Positions 45,258 to 56,770 of a stretch of 62,425 nt of DNA are shown here, one piece after another. Source of the stretch: a virus (Duplodnaviria; Heunggongvirae; Uroviricota; Caudoviricetes); the IMG/VR virus record IMGVR_UViG_2877269240_000007; one strand, given 5' to 3'. The translations under genes and the position numbers were made by a program. The notes below the pieces were generated by a model, which saw nothing but the letters and a program-made list of their open reading frames with translations, was not told the DNA's origin and did not search any database. Each line of letters begins with the position of its first letter. Within the stretch, counting starts at the first letter, position 1.

Positions 45258-45635
45258 GTGGACGGTTTCGATAATCTGTTTGATGCTGCGCTTGCCGGTG
45301 TCAATGAAGTCATTCTCCGTGATATGGGGATCAGCGCCGTCATTACGTCCGGAGAACTTGAGGGGACACACCTGACAGGGGTTTTTGATGATCCCGAAAG
45401 TATTTCTTTTGTTGCCGGGGGGATCCGGCTTGAGGATTCCTCACCGTGCCTGTTTGTGAAAACGGCAGATATATCGCAGTTACGCCGTCAGGATACGTTA
45501 ACTATCGGGGATGATTCTTTCTTTGTGGATCGTATTACTCCGGATGACGGGGGATGCTGTTATATCCGGTTAAGGCGGGGCAGTCCTGCCCCACAGAATA
45601 ATGCCAGAATGAGGCGATATGATGAAGGGACTTGA
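45258..45635 (+). CDS. FII: head completion protein FII
   Basis: GTG start after RBS AGGAG; ...DGFDNLFDAA... lambda FII-like. Confidence 0.8.
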   Translation: MDGFDNLFDAALAGVNEVILRDMGISAVITSGELEGTHLTGVFDDPESISFVAGGIRLEDSSPCLFVKTADISQLRRQDTLTIGDDSFFVDRITPDDGGCCYIRLRRGSPAPQNNARMRRYDEGT

Positions 45636-46206
45636 GAATGCCATCCGCAATCTGAACAGCCTCGATACCCGCATGGTGCCACAGACCAGCGCATGGGCGG
45701 TAAACCGTGTGGCGGCAAAGATTGTTTCTGTCGCCACACGGCAGGTTGCGCAGAATACCGTTGCCGGGGATAACCAGGTGAAAGGTATTCCCCTGAAAAC
45801 GGTCAGGGAGCGTGTCAGGCTGCTTAAAGCCAGCCCCTCAGGAAAAATGTATGCCCGCATGCGTGTTAACCGGGGTAACCTGCCCGCCATTAAGCTGGGT
45901 ACCGCACAGGTCAGACTGGCCCGCTCCCGGCATGGCAGCAACTCACGTCATCGTGGCAGCGTACTGAAAGTGGGGAAATACCTTTTCCGGGATGCGTTTA
46001 TTCAGCAACTGGCGAATGGTCGCTGGCATGTGATGCGGCGTATTGACGGCAAAAATCGTTACCCCATTGATGTGGTGAAAATCCCGATGTCCGGACCGCT
46101 GACACAGGCATTTGAAGATGCCCGCGACCGCATCATTGCTGCGGAAATGCCGAAACAGCTGGGGTATGCCCTGAAACAACAACTGAGGTTACATCTGAGT
46201 AAATGA
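45619..46206 (+). CDS. Z: tail completion protein gpZ
   Basis: lambda Z-like (...NGRWHVMRRIDGKNRYPIDVVKIPM...). Confidence 0.8.
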   Translation: MMKGLENAIRNLNSLDTRMVPQTSAWAVNRVAAKIVSVATRQVAQNTVAGDNQVKGIPLKTVRERVRLLKASPSGKMYARMRVNRGNLPAIKLGTAQVRLARSRHGSNSRHRGSVLKVGKYLFRDAFIQQLANGRWHVMRRIDGKNRYPIDVVKIPMSGPLTQAFEDARDRIIAAEMPKQLGYALKQQLRLHLSK

Positions 46207-46604
46207 ACCGACACACACAAATCCGTCAGAGCGTGCTGGCACGCCTTCGGGAACAGTGTGGAGACAGCGCCACGTTTTTTGACGGGCTTCCGGCATTTAT
46301 TGATGCGCAGGAACTGCCTGCCGTGGCGGTGTGGCTGAGTGATGCTCAGTACACCGGAAAAATGACGGATGAAGATGACTGGCAGGCTGTTCTGCATATT
46401 GCCGTCTTCATCCGGGCACAGGCACCGGATTCAGAGCTGGATATGTGGATGGAGAGCACCATTTTCCCGGCCCTGAATGATGTACCGGCACTTTCCGGAC
46501 TCATCGACACCCTGAACCCACTCGGTTTTAACTATCAACGTGATAATGAGATGGCTACCTGGGCGATGGCGGAAATCACGTACCAGATCACGTACACGAA
46601 TTAA
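46203..46604 (+). CDS. U: tail terminator gpU
   Basis: lambda U-like (...ATFFDG...PAVAVWLSDAQYTG...). Confidence 0.8.
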   Translation: MNRHTQIRQSVLARLREQCGDSATFFDGLPAFIDAQELPAVAVWLSDAQYTGKMTDEDDWQAVLHIAVFIRAQAPDSELDMWMESTIFPALNDVPALSGLIDTLNPLGFNYQRDNEMATWAMAEITYQITYTN

Positions 46605-46614
46605 GGAGGTGGTA

Positions 46615-47355
46615 ATGACCACACCAAATCCACTGGCAAAGACGAAAGGTGCGGGGACGACGTTCTGGATGTATACCGGCAACGGCGATGCGTTTGCGAA
46701 CCCTTTGTCGGACACTGACTGGCTGCGTCTTGCGATGGTGAAGGATCTGCAACCTGGCGAAATGACCGCTGATGCAGAAGATGACACTTATCTCGATGAT
46801 GAAGATGCAGACTGGAAAACGACAACCCAGGGGCAGAAATCCGTTGGTGATACTTCGGCGACGCTGGCCTGGCGTCCGGGTGACAGCGGGCAGAAAAAAC
46901 TGGTTCAGTTGTTCGACTCCGGTGAAGTCTGCGCGTTTCGTATCAAATATCCCAACGGCACTGTTGATGTTTTCCGCGGCTGGCTGAGCTCACTGGGTAA
47001 AACCATTGCCTCAAAAGACGTGATGACCCGCACTGTGAAAATCAGCGGTGTGGGGCGTCCGTATCTGGCAGAGGAAGGCACTGAAACCGTGGGTGTTACC
47101 GGACTGACGGTGGCACCGGCATCTGTCAGTGTCAAAGCGGGAGCAACCACCACACTGACCTTTACAGTAAAACCTGACGGGGCCAGTGACAAAGCGATCA
47201 GTGTGCATTCGTCAGATCCTCAGACTGCTTCGGTGACCTTGAGCGGGCTTGTGGCCACGGTGAAAGGCGTGAAGCAGGGCAGTGTCAGCATCGTGGGCAT
47301 GACCTCTGACGGAGAGTTTGTGGCAGTGGCTGCGGTGACCGTCAGCGCACCATAA
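46615..47355 (+). CDS. V: major tail protein gpV
   Basis: lambda V-like with C-terminal Ig-like domain; ATG after RBS AGGAGG. Confidence 0.9.
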   Translation: MTTPNPLAKTKGAGTTFWMYTGNGDAFANPLSDTDWLRLAMVKDLQPGEMTADAEDDTYLDDEDADWKTTTQGQKSVGDTSATLAWRPGDSGQKKLVQLFDSGEVCAFRIKYPNGTVDVFRGWLSSLGKTIASKDVMTRTVKISGVGRPYLAEEGTETVGVTGLTVAPASVSVKAGATTTLTFTVKPDGASDKAISVHSSDPQTASVTLSGLVATVKGVKQGSVSIVGMTSDGEFVAVAAVTVSAP

Positions 47356-47413
47356 CAGGACGATACTCATCATTGCCCCGGTTATCCGGGGCTTTTTGCA
47401 TCCGGAGAACATG

Positions 47414-47800
47414 ATGTTTCTGAAACAGGATACGTTTAATTATGAAAAACAGTCCGTGGTGCTCAGTGAGCTGTCCGGGCTGCAGAGAATTGAATATCTG
47501 ACGTTTGTTCAGCAGCGAACGGCAAAGTTTGATGCACAGGAGGGAGAACTGCCGGAGGCTGAACGACAGATTGCTTTTCTGCGTATGGGAATGGATATCA
47601 ATGCCTGGCTGGTTTCCCGCTCACTGTGGAATGCTGAGCAGTCTCAGGATGTTGAGACGCTTTGCGCATCCATTATGACAACATGGTCGTATGATGCGCT
47701 GGGCGCGGGGGCGGAGAGGGTTCTGTCGCTGAGCGGTATGGGGACCATTGAGAATGCCGGGGATGATGATCATGAGGCGCTGACGCCGGAAAAGTCCTGA
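47414..47800 (+). CDS. G: tail assembly chaperone gpG
   Basis: MFLKQDTFNYEKQSVVLSELSGLQRIEYL... lambda G-like. Confidence 0.8.
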   Translation: MFLKQDTFNYEKQSVVLSELSGLQRIEYLTFVQQRTAKFDAQEGELPEAERQIAFLRMGMDINAWLVSRSLWNAEQSQDVETLCASIMTTWSYDALGAGAERVLSLSGMGTIENAGDDDHEALTPEKS

Positions 47801-48138
47801 CGCGGGAAATGCAGTTTGTCATGCGGCTTGCCCGGGAGTTCCGGCGGGCAGACTGGCGGCGGATGCTGTCGGATATGTCGGCCACTGAGCTTGGTGAGTG
47901 GGGCGATTATTTCCGGATGCAGAGCTTCAGTGATGTGTGGATGGATGCGCAGTTTGCCTCGCTGAAGGCATTGATCGTGAGAATGGTGTCCGGCAGCAGC
48001 GATGCTGCGGTGGCTGATTTCAGCCTTTTACCGGAAGAGAACGGGATACCGGAGCGAACGGACGAAGAACTGATGCATCTTGGGGAAGGTATTTCCGGAG
48101 GTGTGCGTTATGGACCAGATAGCCAACCTGGTCATTGA
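47414..48138 (+). CDS. T: gpG-T fusion chaperone via programmed -1 ribosomal frameshift
   Basis: T frame open from 47776, -1 relative to G; candidate slippery heptamer G GAA AAG at 47788-47794; T part lambda T-like (...GGVRYG). Confidence 0.55.
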
Positions 48139-50848
48139 TTTGGGGATTGATGCGGCAGAGTTTAAAAATGAAATTCCCCGTATCAAAAACCTTCTGAATG
48201 GTGCAGCCAGCGATGCAGAACGGTTTTCTGCCCGTATGCAGCGTTTTATGGAGCGTCAGACTCAGGCGGCCCGGCAGACAATGCAGGCGGCTTCTTCGGC
48301 TGCAACAGCAGCATCAGCCCATGCGCAGACGGTGGAGAAGAATGCACGGGCTCATGAACGCATGGCCCGTGAGGTGGAACAAACCCGTCTGCGCGTGGAT
48401 GCCCTGAATCAGAAAATGCGCGAGGAACAGGCGCAGGCCAGGGCGGCTCAGCTGGGGGTAAGCAGTGCTGCAGAAGTGTATATCCGCAAAATGGAGCGGG
48501 CAGGAAAAGCCACACATTCGCTGGGGCTGAAAAGTGCGGCAGCCCGGCGGGAGCTGGGGGTGTTAATCAGTCAGATGGCGCGCGGCAATTTTGGTGCGCT
48601 GAGGGGATCCGGGATAACGCTGGCTAACCGTGCCGGATGGACAGGCGCACTGATGTCGCCGAAAGGCATGATGACTGGCGGCGTTATTGGCGGACTTGTC
48701 GCGGCGGTCCTGGGTCTGGGTAAAGCCTGGCATGACGGCCGGAAGGAGGGCGAGAAATTTAACCGTCAGCTGGCGCTGACGGGACATTATGCCGGTGTCA
48801 CTGTCGGGCAGTTGTGGAAACTCAGCCGGGCCATATCCGGGAATGGTATCACGCAACATGCGGCAGCCGGTGCGCTGGCACAGGTGGTGGGCAGTGGGGC
48901 ATTTCATGGAAACGATATTGGTATGGTGGCGAAAGCTGCCGCACAGATGGAGCGATCGGTTGGCCAGTCGGTCAGCGATACCATAAATCAGTTTAAGCGG
49001 CTGAAGGATGATCCTGTAAATGCCGCGAAGGCGCTGGACAATGCGCTGCATTTTTTGAATGCCACTCAGCTTGAGCAGATACGCGTCCTTGGGGAGCAGG
49101 GGCGGTCCAGTGATGCGGCCCGGATCGCCATGTCTGCGCTGGCAGAGGAAACCGGTAAACGCACATCTGATATTGATAATAATCTCAATGCGCTGGGTAG
49201 TACGCTGCAAACCTTGTCTGACTGGTGGAAGCAGTTCTGGGATGCGGCCATGAATATTGGTCGTGAAGACTCGCTGGATGCGCAGATTGATGCGTTACAG
49301 GAAAAAATTCAGCGCGCGAAAAAATATCCGTGGACAAACGCCTCCACACAGGTGGAGTACGATCAGCAGCGTCTTAACGATCTTCAGGAGAAAAAACGCC
49401 GGAAGGATTTGCAGGATGCAAAAGCGCAGGCAGAACGGAATTACCAGGAGCAACAGAAACGCCGGAATGCTGAAAATGCCGCGCTGAACCGGATGAATGA
49501 AACGGAAGCTGCACGACATCAGCGGGAAATTGCGCGTATTAATGCCATGCAGTACGCCGACCAGGCTGTCAGGGATGCGGCGATACAGCGTGAAAATGAA
49601 CGTTACGAAAAAGCCATTAAGAAAAATACACGGGCAACCCGTAATGATGAGGCCACCCGGTTATTGCTGCAGTACAGTCAGCAGCAGGCACAGGTGGAAG
49701 GGCAGATTGCTGCTGCCAGACAGTCAGCAGGCATTGCCACTGAAAGGATGACTGAAGCGCATAAACAGCTTCTGGCCCTGCAGCAGCGCATCAGCGACCT
49801 GGACGGGAAAAAGCTGACGGCAGATGAAAAGAGTGTGCTGGCCCGTAAGAATGAGCTGATTCAGGCGCTGACGCTGCTGGATGTGAAACAGCAGGAGCTG
49901 CAGAAACAGACAGCGCTTAACGACCTGAGAAAAAAAACGGTTCAGCTGACCAGCCAGCTGGCAGACAAAGAACGTGCACTGCGTGAGCAGCACAATCTGG
50001 ATATTGCCACTGCAGGTATGGGGGATAAGCAGCGGCAGCGCTACCAGGCACAGTTGCGCATCCGGCAGGAATACCGGCAACAGTTGCAACAGCTTGAGAA
50101 TGACAGTCGCCAGAAAGGCACTTACGGGACGGAGGACTACCGGAGGGCTGAGGAGGTGCTGAAGGGGAGCCTGAAGCGACAACTGAATGAAAACAAACGC
50201 TACTGGCAGGAACTGGAAGTGGCGCAGGGCGACTGGAAAAACGGTGCCATGCGGGCGTTTCAGAATTTTACGGCGGATGCGGATAATGCGGCGGGAACGG
50301 CAGAACAGATGTTTACAGTGGCATTCAGCAGTGCCGGTAATGCACTGGCGACATTCTGTACCACCGGTAAGCTGAATTTTAAATCCTTCACCTCTTCCCT
50401 GTTGTCAGATATGGCCAGAATTATGGCACAGATGGCCATGATGCAGGCGGTAAAGGGCGTCGGTTCTTTATTCGGCTTCACGACTAATGCTGATGGCGGT
50501 GTTTACCAGTCTGCTGATTTGAGTCGCTACAGTGGCACGGTGGTTAACCGTCCGACGTTTTTTGCTTTTGCAAAAGGCGCGGGTGTGATGGGGGAAGCGG
50601 GACCTGAAGCCATTCTGCCACTGCGTCGCGGTGCTGATGGTAAGCTGGGGGTTGTGGCGGATACTGGTGGTTCAGGCATGGTGATGTTTGCCCCGCAGTA
50701 CAACATTGAGATCAATAACGACGGCACGAACGGGCAGATAGGTCCGGCTGCCCTGAAGGTGGTTTATGACCTCGGGAAAAAAGCGGCCGCGGACTTTATG
50801 CAACAGCAGGCCCGTGATGGTGGCCGGTTAAGTGGAGCATACCGGTAA
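48110..50848 (+). CDS. H: tail tape measure protein gpH
   Basis: 912 aa colinear with lambda H; conserved C-terminus ...NNDGTNGQIGPAALK...; ATG embedded in T 3' end as in lambda. Confidence 0.9.
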   Translation: MDQIANLVIDLGIDAAEFKNEIPRIKNLLNGAASDAERFSARMQRFMERQTQAARQTMQAASSAATAASAHAQTVEKNARAHERMAREVEQTRLRVDALNQKMREEQAQARAAQLGVSSAAEVYIRKMERAGKATHSLGLKSAAARRELGVLISQMARGNFGALRGSGITLANRAGWTGALMSPKGMMTGGVIGGLVAAVLGLGKAWHDGRKEGEKFNRQLALTGHYAGVTVGQLWKLSRAISGNGITQHAAAGALAQVVGSGAFHGNDIGMVAKAAAQMERSVGQSVSDTINQFKRLKDDPVNAAKALDNALHFLNATQLEQIRVLGEQGRSSDAARIAMSALAEETGKRTSDIDNNLNALGSTLQTLSDWWKQFWDAAMNIGREDSLDAQIDALQEKIQRAKKYPWTNASTQVEYDQQRLNDLQEKKRRKDLQDAKAQAERNYQEQQKRRNAENAALNRMNETEAARHQREIARINAMQYADQAVRDAAIQRENERYEKAIKKNTRATRNDEATRLLLQYSQQQAQVEGQIAAARQSAGIATERMTEAHKQLLALQQRISDLDGKKLTADEKSVLARKNELIQALTLLDVKQQELQKQTALNDLRKKTVQLTSQLADKERALREQHNLDIATAGMGDKQRQRYQAQLRIRQEYRQQLQQLENDSRQKGTYGTEDYRRAEEVLKGSLKRQLNENKRYWQELEVAQGDWKNGAMRAFQNFTADADNAAGTAEQMFTVAFSSAGNALATFCTTGKLNFKSFTSSLLSDMARIMAQMAMMQAVKGVGSLFGFTTNADGGVYQSADLSRYSGTVVNRPTFFAFAKGAGVMGEAGPEAILPLRRGADGKLGVVADTGGSGMVMFAPQYNIEINNDGTNGQIGPAALKVVYDLGKKAAADFMQQQARDGGRLSGAYR

Positions 50849-51177
50849 TGGAGACGTTTCACTGGAAAGTGCGCCCGGATATGAATGTGGTATCAGAGCC
50901 GAAAGTGGTGACAGTGAAGCTGGGCGATGGTTATGAACAGCGTCGTGCGGCGGGACTGAATAACCAGTTGTCGACTTACAGCGTGACGATACGTGTTCGT
51001 AAAGGTGAACACCCATCTTTAAAAGCCTTTCTGGAACGGCACGGTGGCGTCCGCGCATTTCAGTGGACGCCACCTTATGACTGGAAACTGATCAGGGTGG
51101 TTTGTCGTAAATGGTCGGCAAGCGTGGGGGCGTTATGGGTGACTGTAACGGCCGATTTTGAACAGGTGGTGAACTGA
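50848..51177 (+). CDS. M: minor tail protein gpM
   Basis: 109 aa, lambda M-like. Confidence 0.85.
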   Translation: METFHWKVRPDMNVVSEPKVVTVKLGDGYEQRRAAGLNNQLSTYSVTIRVRKGEHPSLKAFLERHGGVRAFQWTPPYDWKLIRVVCRKWSASVGALWVTVTADFEQVVN

Positions 51178-51875
51178 TGCAGGATATCCGGCAGGAAACA
51201 CTGAATGAATGCACCCGTGCGGAGCAGTCAGCCCGGGTGGAGCTCTGGGAAATCGATCTGACAGAGGTCGGTGGTGAGCGTTATTTTTTCTGTAATGAGC
51301 AGAACGAAAAAGGTGAGCCGGTCACCTGGCAGGGGCGGCAGTATCAGGCATACCCCATTCAGGGGTCGGGGTTTGAACTGAACGGCAGGGGCTGTGCTGC
51401 CCGTCCGACACTGACGGTCTCTAACCTGCACGGCATGGTCACCGGGATGGCGGAAGATCTGCAGAGTCTGGTCGGCGGAACGGTGGTCCGGCGTAAGGTT
51501 TACGCCCGTTTTCTGGATGCGGTGAACTTCGTCAACGGAAACAGCGACGCCGATCCGGAACAGGAGGTGATCAGCCGCTGGCGCATCGAGCAGTGCAGCG
51601 AACTGAGCGCGGTCAGTGCCTCTTTTGTGCTGGCCACACCAACGGAGACGGATGGCGCGGTTTTCCCGGGGCGTATCATGCTGGCGAATACCTGTATGTG
51701 GACTTACCGTTCTGATGAGTGTGGTTACACGGGCAGGGCAGTGGCTGACGAGTTCGACAAACCAACAACGGATATCCGGAAGGACAAATGCAGCAAGTGT
51801 ATGCGCGGGTGTGAGTTGCGCAACAATACCGGTAATTTCGGCGGTTTCCTTTCCATCAATAAACTTTCTCAGTAA
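51177..51875 (+). CDS. L: minor tail protein gpL
   Basis: 232 aa, near-identical to lambda L. Confidence 0.85.
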   Translation: MQDIRQETLNECTRAEQSARVELWEIDLTEVGGERYFFCNEQNEKGEPVTWQGRQYQAYPIQGSGFELNGRGCAARPTLTVSNLHGMVTGMAEDLQSLVGGTVVRRKVYARFLDAVNFVNGNSDADPEQEVISRWRIEQCSELSAVSASFVLATPTETDGAVFPGRIMLANTCMWTYRSDECGYTGRAVADEFDKPTTDIRKDKCSKCMRGCELRNNTGNFGGFLSINKLSQ

Positions 51876-51879
51876 ATCC

Positions 51880-52623
51880 ATGACACAGACAGAATCAGCG
51901 ATTCTGGCGCACGCCCGGCGATGTGCGCCAGCGGAGTCGTGTGGCTTCGTGGTGAGAACGCCGGAGGGAGACAGGTATCTTCCCAGCGAGAATATCTCCG
52001 GTGAGCCGGAGGAACGGTTCCGGATGGCTCCGGAGGACTGGCTGCGGGCACAAATGCAGGGTGAGATTGTGGCACTGGTCCACAGTCATCCCGGTGGTCT
52101 GCCCTGGCTGAGTGAGGCTGACCGGCGGCTGCAGGTGCAGAGTGATTTGCCGTGGTGGCTGGTCTGCCGGGGGGCGATTCACAAGTTCCGCTGTGTGCCG
52201 CATCTCACCGGGCGGCGCTTTGAGCACGGGGTGACGGACTGTTACATGCTGTTCCGGGATGCTTATCATCTGGCGGGGATTGAGATGCCGGATTTTCATC
52301 GCGGGGATGACTGGTGGCGTCACGGTCAGAATCTCTATCTGGATAATCTGGAGGCCACAGGGCTGTATCAGGTGCCGTTGTCATCAGCACAACCGGGCGA
52401 TGTGCTGCTGTGCTGTTTTGGTTCATCGGTGCCGAATCATGCCGCCATTTACTGCGGCGATGGTGAGCTGCTGCACCATATTCCTGAACAACTGAGTAAA
52501 CGAGAGAGGTATACCGACAAATGGCAGCGACGCACACACTCCCTCTGGCGTCACCGGGAATGGCACGCATCTGCCTTTACGGGGATTTGCAACGATTTGG
52601 CCGCCGCATCGACCTTCGTGTGA
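51880..52623 (+). CDS. K: tail assembly protein gpK (JAB/MPN + NlpC/P60)
   Basis: MTQTESAILAHARRCAPAESCGFVV... lambda K-like. Confidence 0.85.
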   Translation: MTQTESAILAHARRCAPAESCGFVVRTPEGDRYLPSENISGEPEERFRMAPEDWLRAQMQGEIVALVHSHPGGLPWLSEADRRLQVQSDLPWWLVCRGAIHKFRCVPHLTGRRFEHGVTDCYMLFRDAYHLAGIEMPDFHRGDDWWRHGQNLYLDNLEATGLYQVPLSSAQPGDVLLCCFGSSVPNHAAIYCGDGELLHHIPEQLSKRERYTDKWQRRTHSLWRHREWHASAFTGICNDLAAASTFV

Positions 52624-53162
52624 AAACGGGGGCTGAAGCCATCCGCGCACTGGCCACACAGCTCCCGGCGTTTCGTCAGAAACTGAGTGACGGCTGGTAT
52701 CAGGTGCGCATTGCCGGGCGTGATGCAGGTGAAACCGAATTGTCTGCCCGTCTTAATGAGCCGCTGGCAAATGGTGCAGTGATCCACATAGTACCGCGTC
52801 TGGTGGGAGCTAAAAGTGGCGGTGTGTTTCAGGCGGTGCTGGGGGCAGCTGTTATGGCGGTTGCTATATGGATGCCGGGGGTAGGAATTATGGCGAGTAA
52901 TCTGCTGTTTTCTCTCGGTGCCAGTATGACGCTTGGCGGTGTTGCACAGATGCTGGCACCGAAAGCCAGAACTCCCCGTACACAGACAACGGATAACGGC
53001 AAACAGAACACCTGTTTCTCCTCACTGGATAACATGGTTGCCCAGGGCAATGTTCTGCCTGTTCTGTACGGTGAAATGCGCGTGGGGTCGCGGGTGGTAT
53101 CTCAGGAGATCAGCACGGCAGACGAAGGGGATGGTGGTCAGGTTGTGGTGATTGGTCGCTGA
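52521..53162 (+). CDS. I: tail assembly protein gpI
   Basis: 213 aa, lambda I-like. Confidence 0.8.
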   Translation: MAATHTLPLASPGMARICLYGDLQRFGRRIDLRVKTGAEAIRALATQLPAFRQKLSDGWYQVRIAGRDAGETELSARLNEPLANGAVIHIVPRLVGAKSGGVFQAVLGAAVMAVAIWMPGVGIMASNLLFSLGASMTLGGVAQMLAPKARTPRTQTTDNGKQNTCFSSLDNMVAQGNVLPVLYGEMRVGSRVVSQEISTADEGDGGQVVVIGR

Positions 53163-53183
53163 TGCAAAATGTTTCATGTGAAA

Positions 53184-53208
53184 CCGCCTGCGGGCGGTTT
53201 TGTCGTTT
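53184..53208 (+). terminator. hairpin terminator-like element between I and J (conserved in lambda)
   Basis: CCGCCTGCGGGCGG followed by TTTTGTCGTTT. Confidence 0.4.
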
Positions 53209-53222
53209 ATGGAGCGTGAGGA

Positions 53223-56200
53223 ATGGGTAAAGGCAGCAGTAAGGGGCATACCCCGCGCGAAGCGAAGGACAACCTGAAATCCACGCAGTTGCTGAGTGTG
53301 ATTGATGCCATCAGCGAAGGGCCGGTTGACGGTCCGGTGGATGGATTAAAAAGCGTGCTGCTGAACGGTACGCCGGTCCTGGATAGCGAGGGGAAGACAA
53401 ACTTTTCCGGTGTTACGGTGGTGTTCCGCGCCGGCGAGCAGGAGCAGACACCGCCGGAGGGGTTTGAATCTTCCGGCTCAGAGACTGTGCTGGGTACGGA
53501 AGTGAAATACGACACGCCGATCACCCGGACCATCACGTCGGCAAACATTGATCGTCTGCGCCTGACCTTCGGTGTGCAGGCACTGGTGGAAACCACCTCA
53601 AAGGGGGACCGGAATCCGTCGGAAGTCCGCCTGCTGGTTCAGATACAGCGTAACGGTGGCTGGGTGACGGAAAAAGACATCACCATTAAGGGCAAAACCA
53701 CTTCGCAGTATCTGGCCTCGGTGGTGGTGGGTAACCTGCCGCCGCGCCCGTTTAATATCCGGATGCGCAGGATGACACCGGACAGCACCACAGACCAGCT
53801 GCAGAACAAAACGCTCTGGTCGTCGTACACCGAAATCATCGATGTGAAACAGTGCTACCCGAACACGGCGCTGGTCGGCGTGCAGGTGGATTCAGAGCAG
53901 TTCGGTAACCAGCAGGTGAGTCGCAATTATCATCTTCGCGGGCGCATTCTGCAGGTGCCGTCGAACTATAACCCGCAGACGCGGCAATACAGCGGTATCT
54001 GGGACGGAACGCTTAAGCCAGCATACAGCAACAACATGGCCTGGTGTCTGTGGGACATGCTCACTCATCCGCGCTACGGCATGGGGAAACGTCTTGGTGC
54101 GGCAGATGTGGACAAATGGGCGCTGTATGTCATCGGCCAGTACTGCGACCAGTCAGTGCCGGACGGATTTGGCGGCACGGAGCCGCGCATCACCTGTAAC
54201 GCTTACCTGACCACACAGCGTAAGGCGTGGGATGTTCTCAGTGATTTCTGCTCGGCGATGCGCTGTATGCCGGTATGGAACGGGCAGACGCTGACGTTCG
54301 TGCAGGACCGACCGTCGGATAAAGTGTGGACCTATAACCGCAGTAATGTGGTGATGCCGGATGATGGCGCGCCGTTCCGCTACAGCTTCAGCGCCCTGAA
54401 GGACCGCCATAATGTCGTTGAGGTGAACTGGATTGATCCGGACAACGGTCATGAGACGGCGACAGAGCTTGTGGAGGACACGCAGGCCATTGTCCGTTAC
54501 GGTCGTAACGTCACGAAGATGGATGCCTTTGGCTGTACCAGCCGGGGACAGGCGCACCGCGCCGGGCTGTGGCTGATTAAAACGGAACTGCTGGAAACGC
54601 AGACCGTGGACTTCAGCGTCGGCGCAGAAGGGCTTCGCCATGTACCGGGTGATGTCATTGAAATCTGCGATGATGATTATGCCGGTATCAGCACCGGTGG
54701 TCGCGTACTGGCGGTGAACAGCCAGACCCGGACGCTGACGCTCGACCGTGAAATCACGCTGCCGTCCTCCGGTACCACGCTGATAAGCCTGGTTGACGGA
54801 AATGGCAATCCGGTCAGCGTGGAGGTTCAGTCCGTCACCGACGGCGTGAAGGTGAAAGTGAGCCGGGTTCCTGACGGCGTTGCAGAATACAGCGTGTGGG
54901 GGCTGAAGCTGCCGACGCTGCGCCAGCGCCTGTTCCGCTGCGTGAGTATCCGTGAGAACGACGACGGCACGTATGCCATCACCGCCGTGCAGCATGTGCC
55001 GGAAAAAGAGGCCATCGTGGATAACGGGGCACACTTTGACGGTGACCGGCGCGGCACGGTGAATGGTGTCACGCCGCCAGCGGTGCAGCATCTGACCGCC
55101 GAAGTCACCGCAGACAGCGGGGAATATCAGGTGCTGGCGCGATGGGACACGCCGAAGGTGGTGAAGGGTGTGAGCTTCCTGCTTCGCCTGACCGTGGCAG
55201 CGGACGACGGCAGTGAGCGGCTGGTCAGCACAGCCAGGACGACGGAAACCACATACCGCTTCAGGCAGCTGGCGCTGGGGAATTACAGTCTGACAGTCCG
55301 GGCGGTAAATGCCCGGGGGCAGCAGGGCGATCCGGCGTCGGTATCGTTCCGGATTGCGGCACCGGCAGCGCCTGTCACTATTGAACTGATACCGGGGTAT
55401 TTTCAGATAACGGTGGTCCCGAAACTGGCTGTATATGACCCGACGGTGCAGTTTGAGTTCTGGTTTTCGGAAAAGCGGATTGCGGATATCAGGCAGGTTG
55501 AAACCAGCGCCCGCTATCTTGGCACGGCGCTGTACTGGATAGCCGCCAGTATCAATATCAGGCCGGGCCATGATTATTATTTTTACGTTCGCAGTGTGAA
55601 CACCGTTGGCAAATCGGCATTTGTGGAGGCCGTCGGTCGGGCGAGCGATGATGCGGAAGGTTATCTGAGTTTTTATAAAGGGTTGATCAATAAAACGCAT
55701 CTCGGCAAGGAGTTGTGGACGCAGATTGATAACGGTCAGCTTGCGCCGGACCTGACTGAAATCAGGACGTCCATTACGAATGTCAGCAATGAAATCACGC
55801 AAACCGTCAATAAAAAACTGGAAAATCAGAGTGCTGCAATCCAGCAGATACAGAAAGTTCAGGTTGATACAAATAATAACCTGAACAGCATGTGGGCTGT
55901 GAAGCTGCAACAGATGAAGGACGGACGCCTTTATATTGCGTGGTATCGGTGCCGGTATTGAGAATACGCCAGCAGGAATGCAGAGTCAGGTGCTGCTGGC
56001 GGCAGACAGGATTGCGATGATTAATCCTGCGAATGGCAACACAAAGCCGATGTTTGTTGGTCAGGGCGATCAGATATTCATGAACGACGTGTTCCTGAAA
56101 CGCCTGACGGCTCCGACCATTACCAGCGGCGGTAATCCTCCGGCATTTTCCCTGACACCTGGCGGACGGCTGACGGCGAAAAATGCCGATATCAGCGGTA

Positions 56201-56703
56201 ACGTGAACGCGAACTCCGGGACGCTCAACAACGTCACGATTAATAAGAACTGTCGGGTTCTGGGAAAATTGTCCGCGAACCAGATTGAAGGCGATCTCGT
56301 TAAAACAGTGGGCAAACCTTTCCCACGGGACTCCCGGGCACCGGAGAGGTGGCCATCAGGGACCATTACCGTCAGGGTTTATGACGATCAGCCGTTTGAT
56401 CGGCAAATTGTTATTCCCGCGGTGGCGTTTCGCGGTGCTAAACATGAGCGGAAGAATAACAATATTTATTCGTCATGCCGCCTGATAGTGAAGAAAAACG
56501 GTGCTGAAATTTATAACCGAACGACCCTGGATAATACGCTGATATATACGGGTGTTATTGATATGCCTGCCGGTCACGGTCACATGACGCTGGAGTTTTC
56601 TGTATCGGCATGGCTGGTAAATGGCTGGTATCCCACAGCAAGTATCAGCGATTTGCTGGTTGTTGTGATGAAGAAATCCACAGCAGGTATCAGTATCAGC
56701 TGA
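53223..56703 (+). pseudogene. J: tail tip/host specificity protein gpJ gene with frameshift
   Basis: lambda J-like ORFs 53223-55961 and 55936-56703 overlap; 1-nt insertion near 55935-55950 (lambda [15 protein letters not shown] vs [15 protein letters not shown] here). Confidence 0.85.
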
Positions 56704-56770
56704 ATTTTATAACCCAGATACGGGCACCAGAAATGGTGCCTTTTTTATTGCAGAAAAGCGAGAGGTAATT

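Noticed and set aside
54153-55910. 585-aa minus-strand ORF
   Set aside because: Lies wholly antisense inside the lambda J-like gene, which has strong colinear homology; a long antisense frame in GC-rich coding DNA
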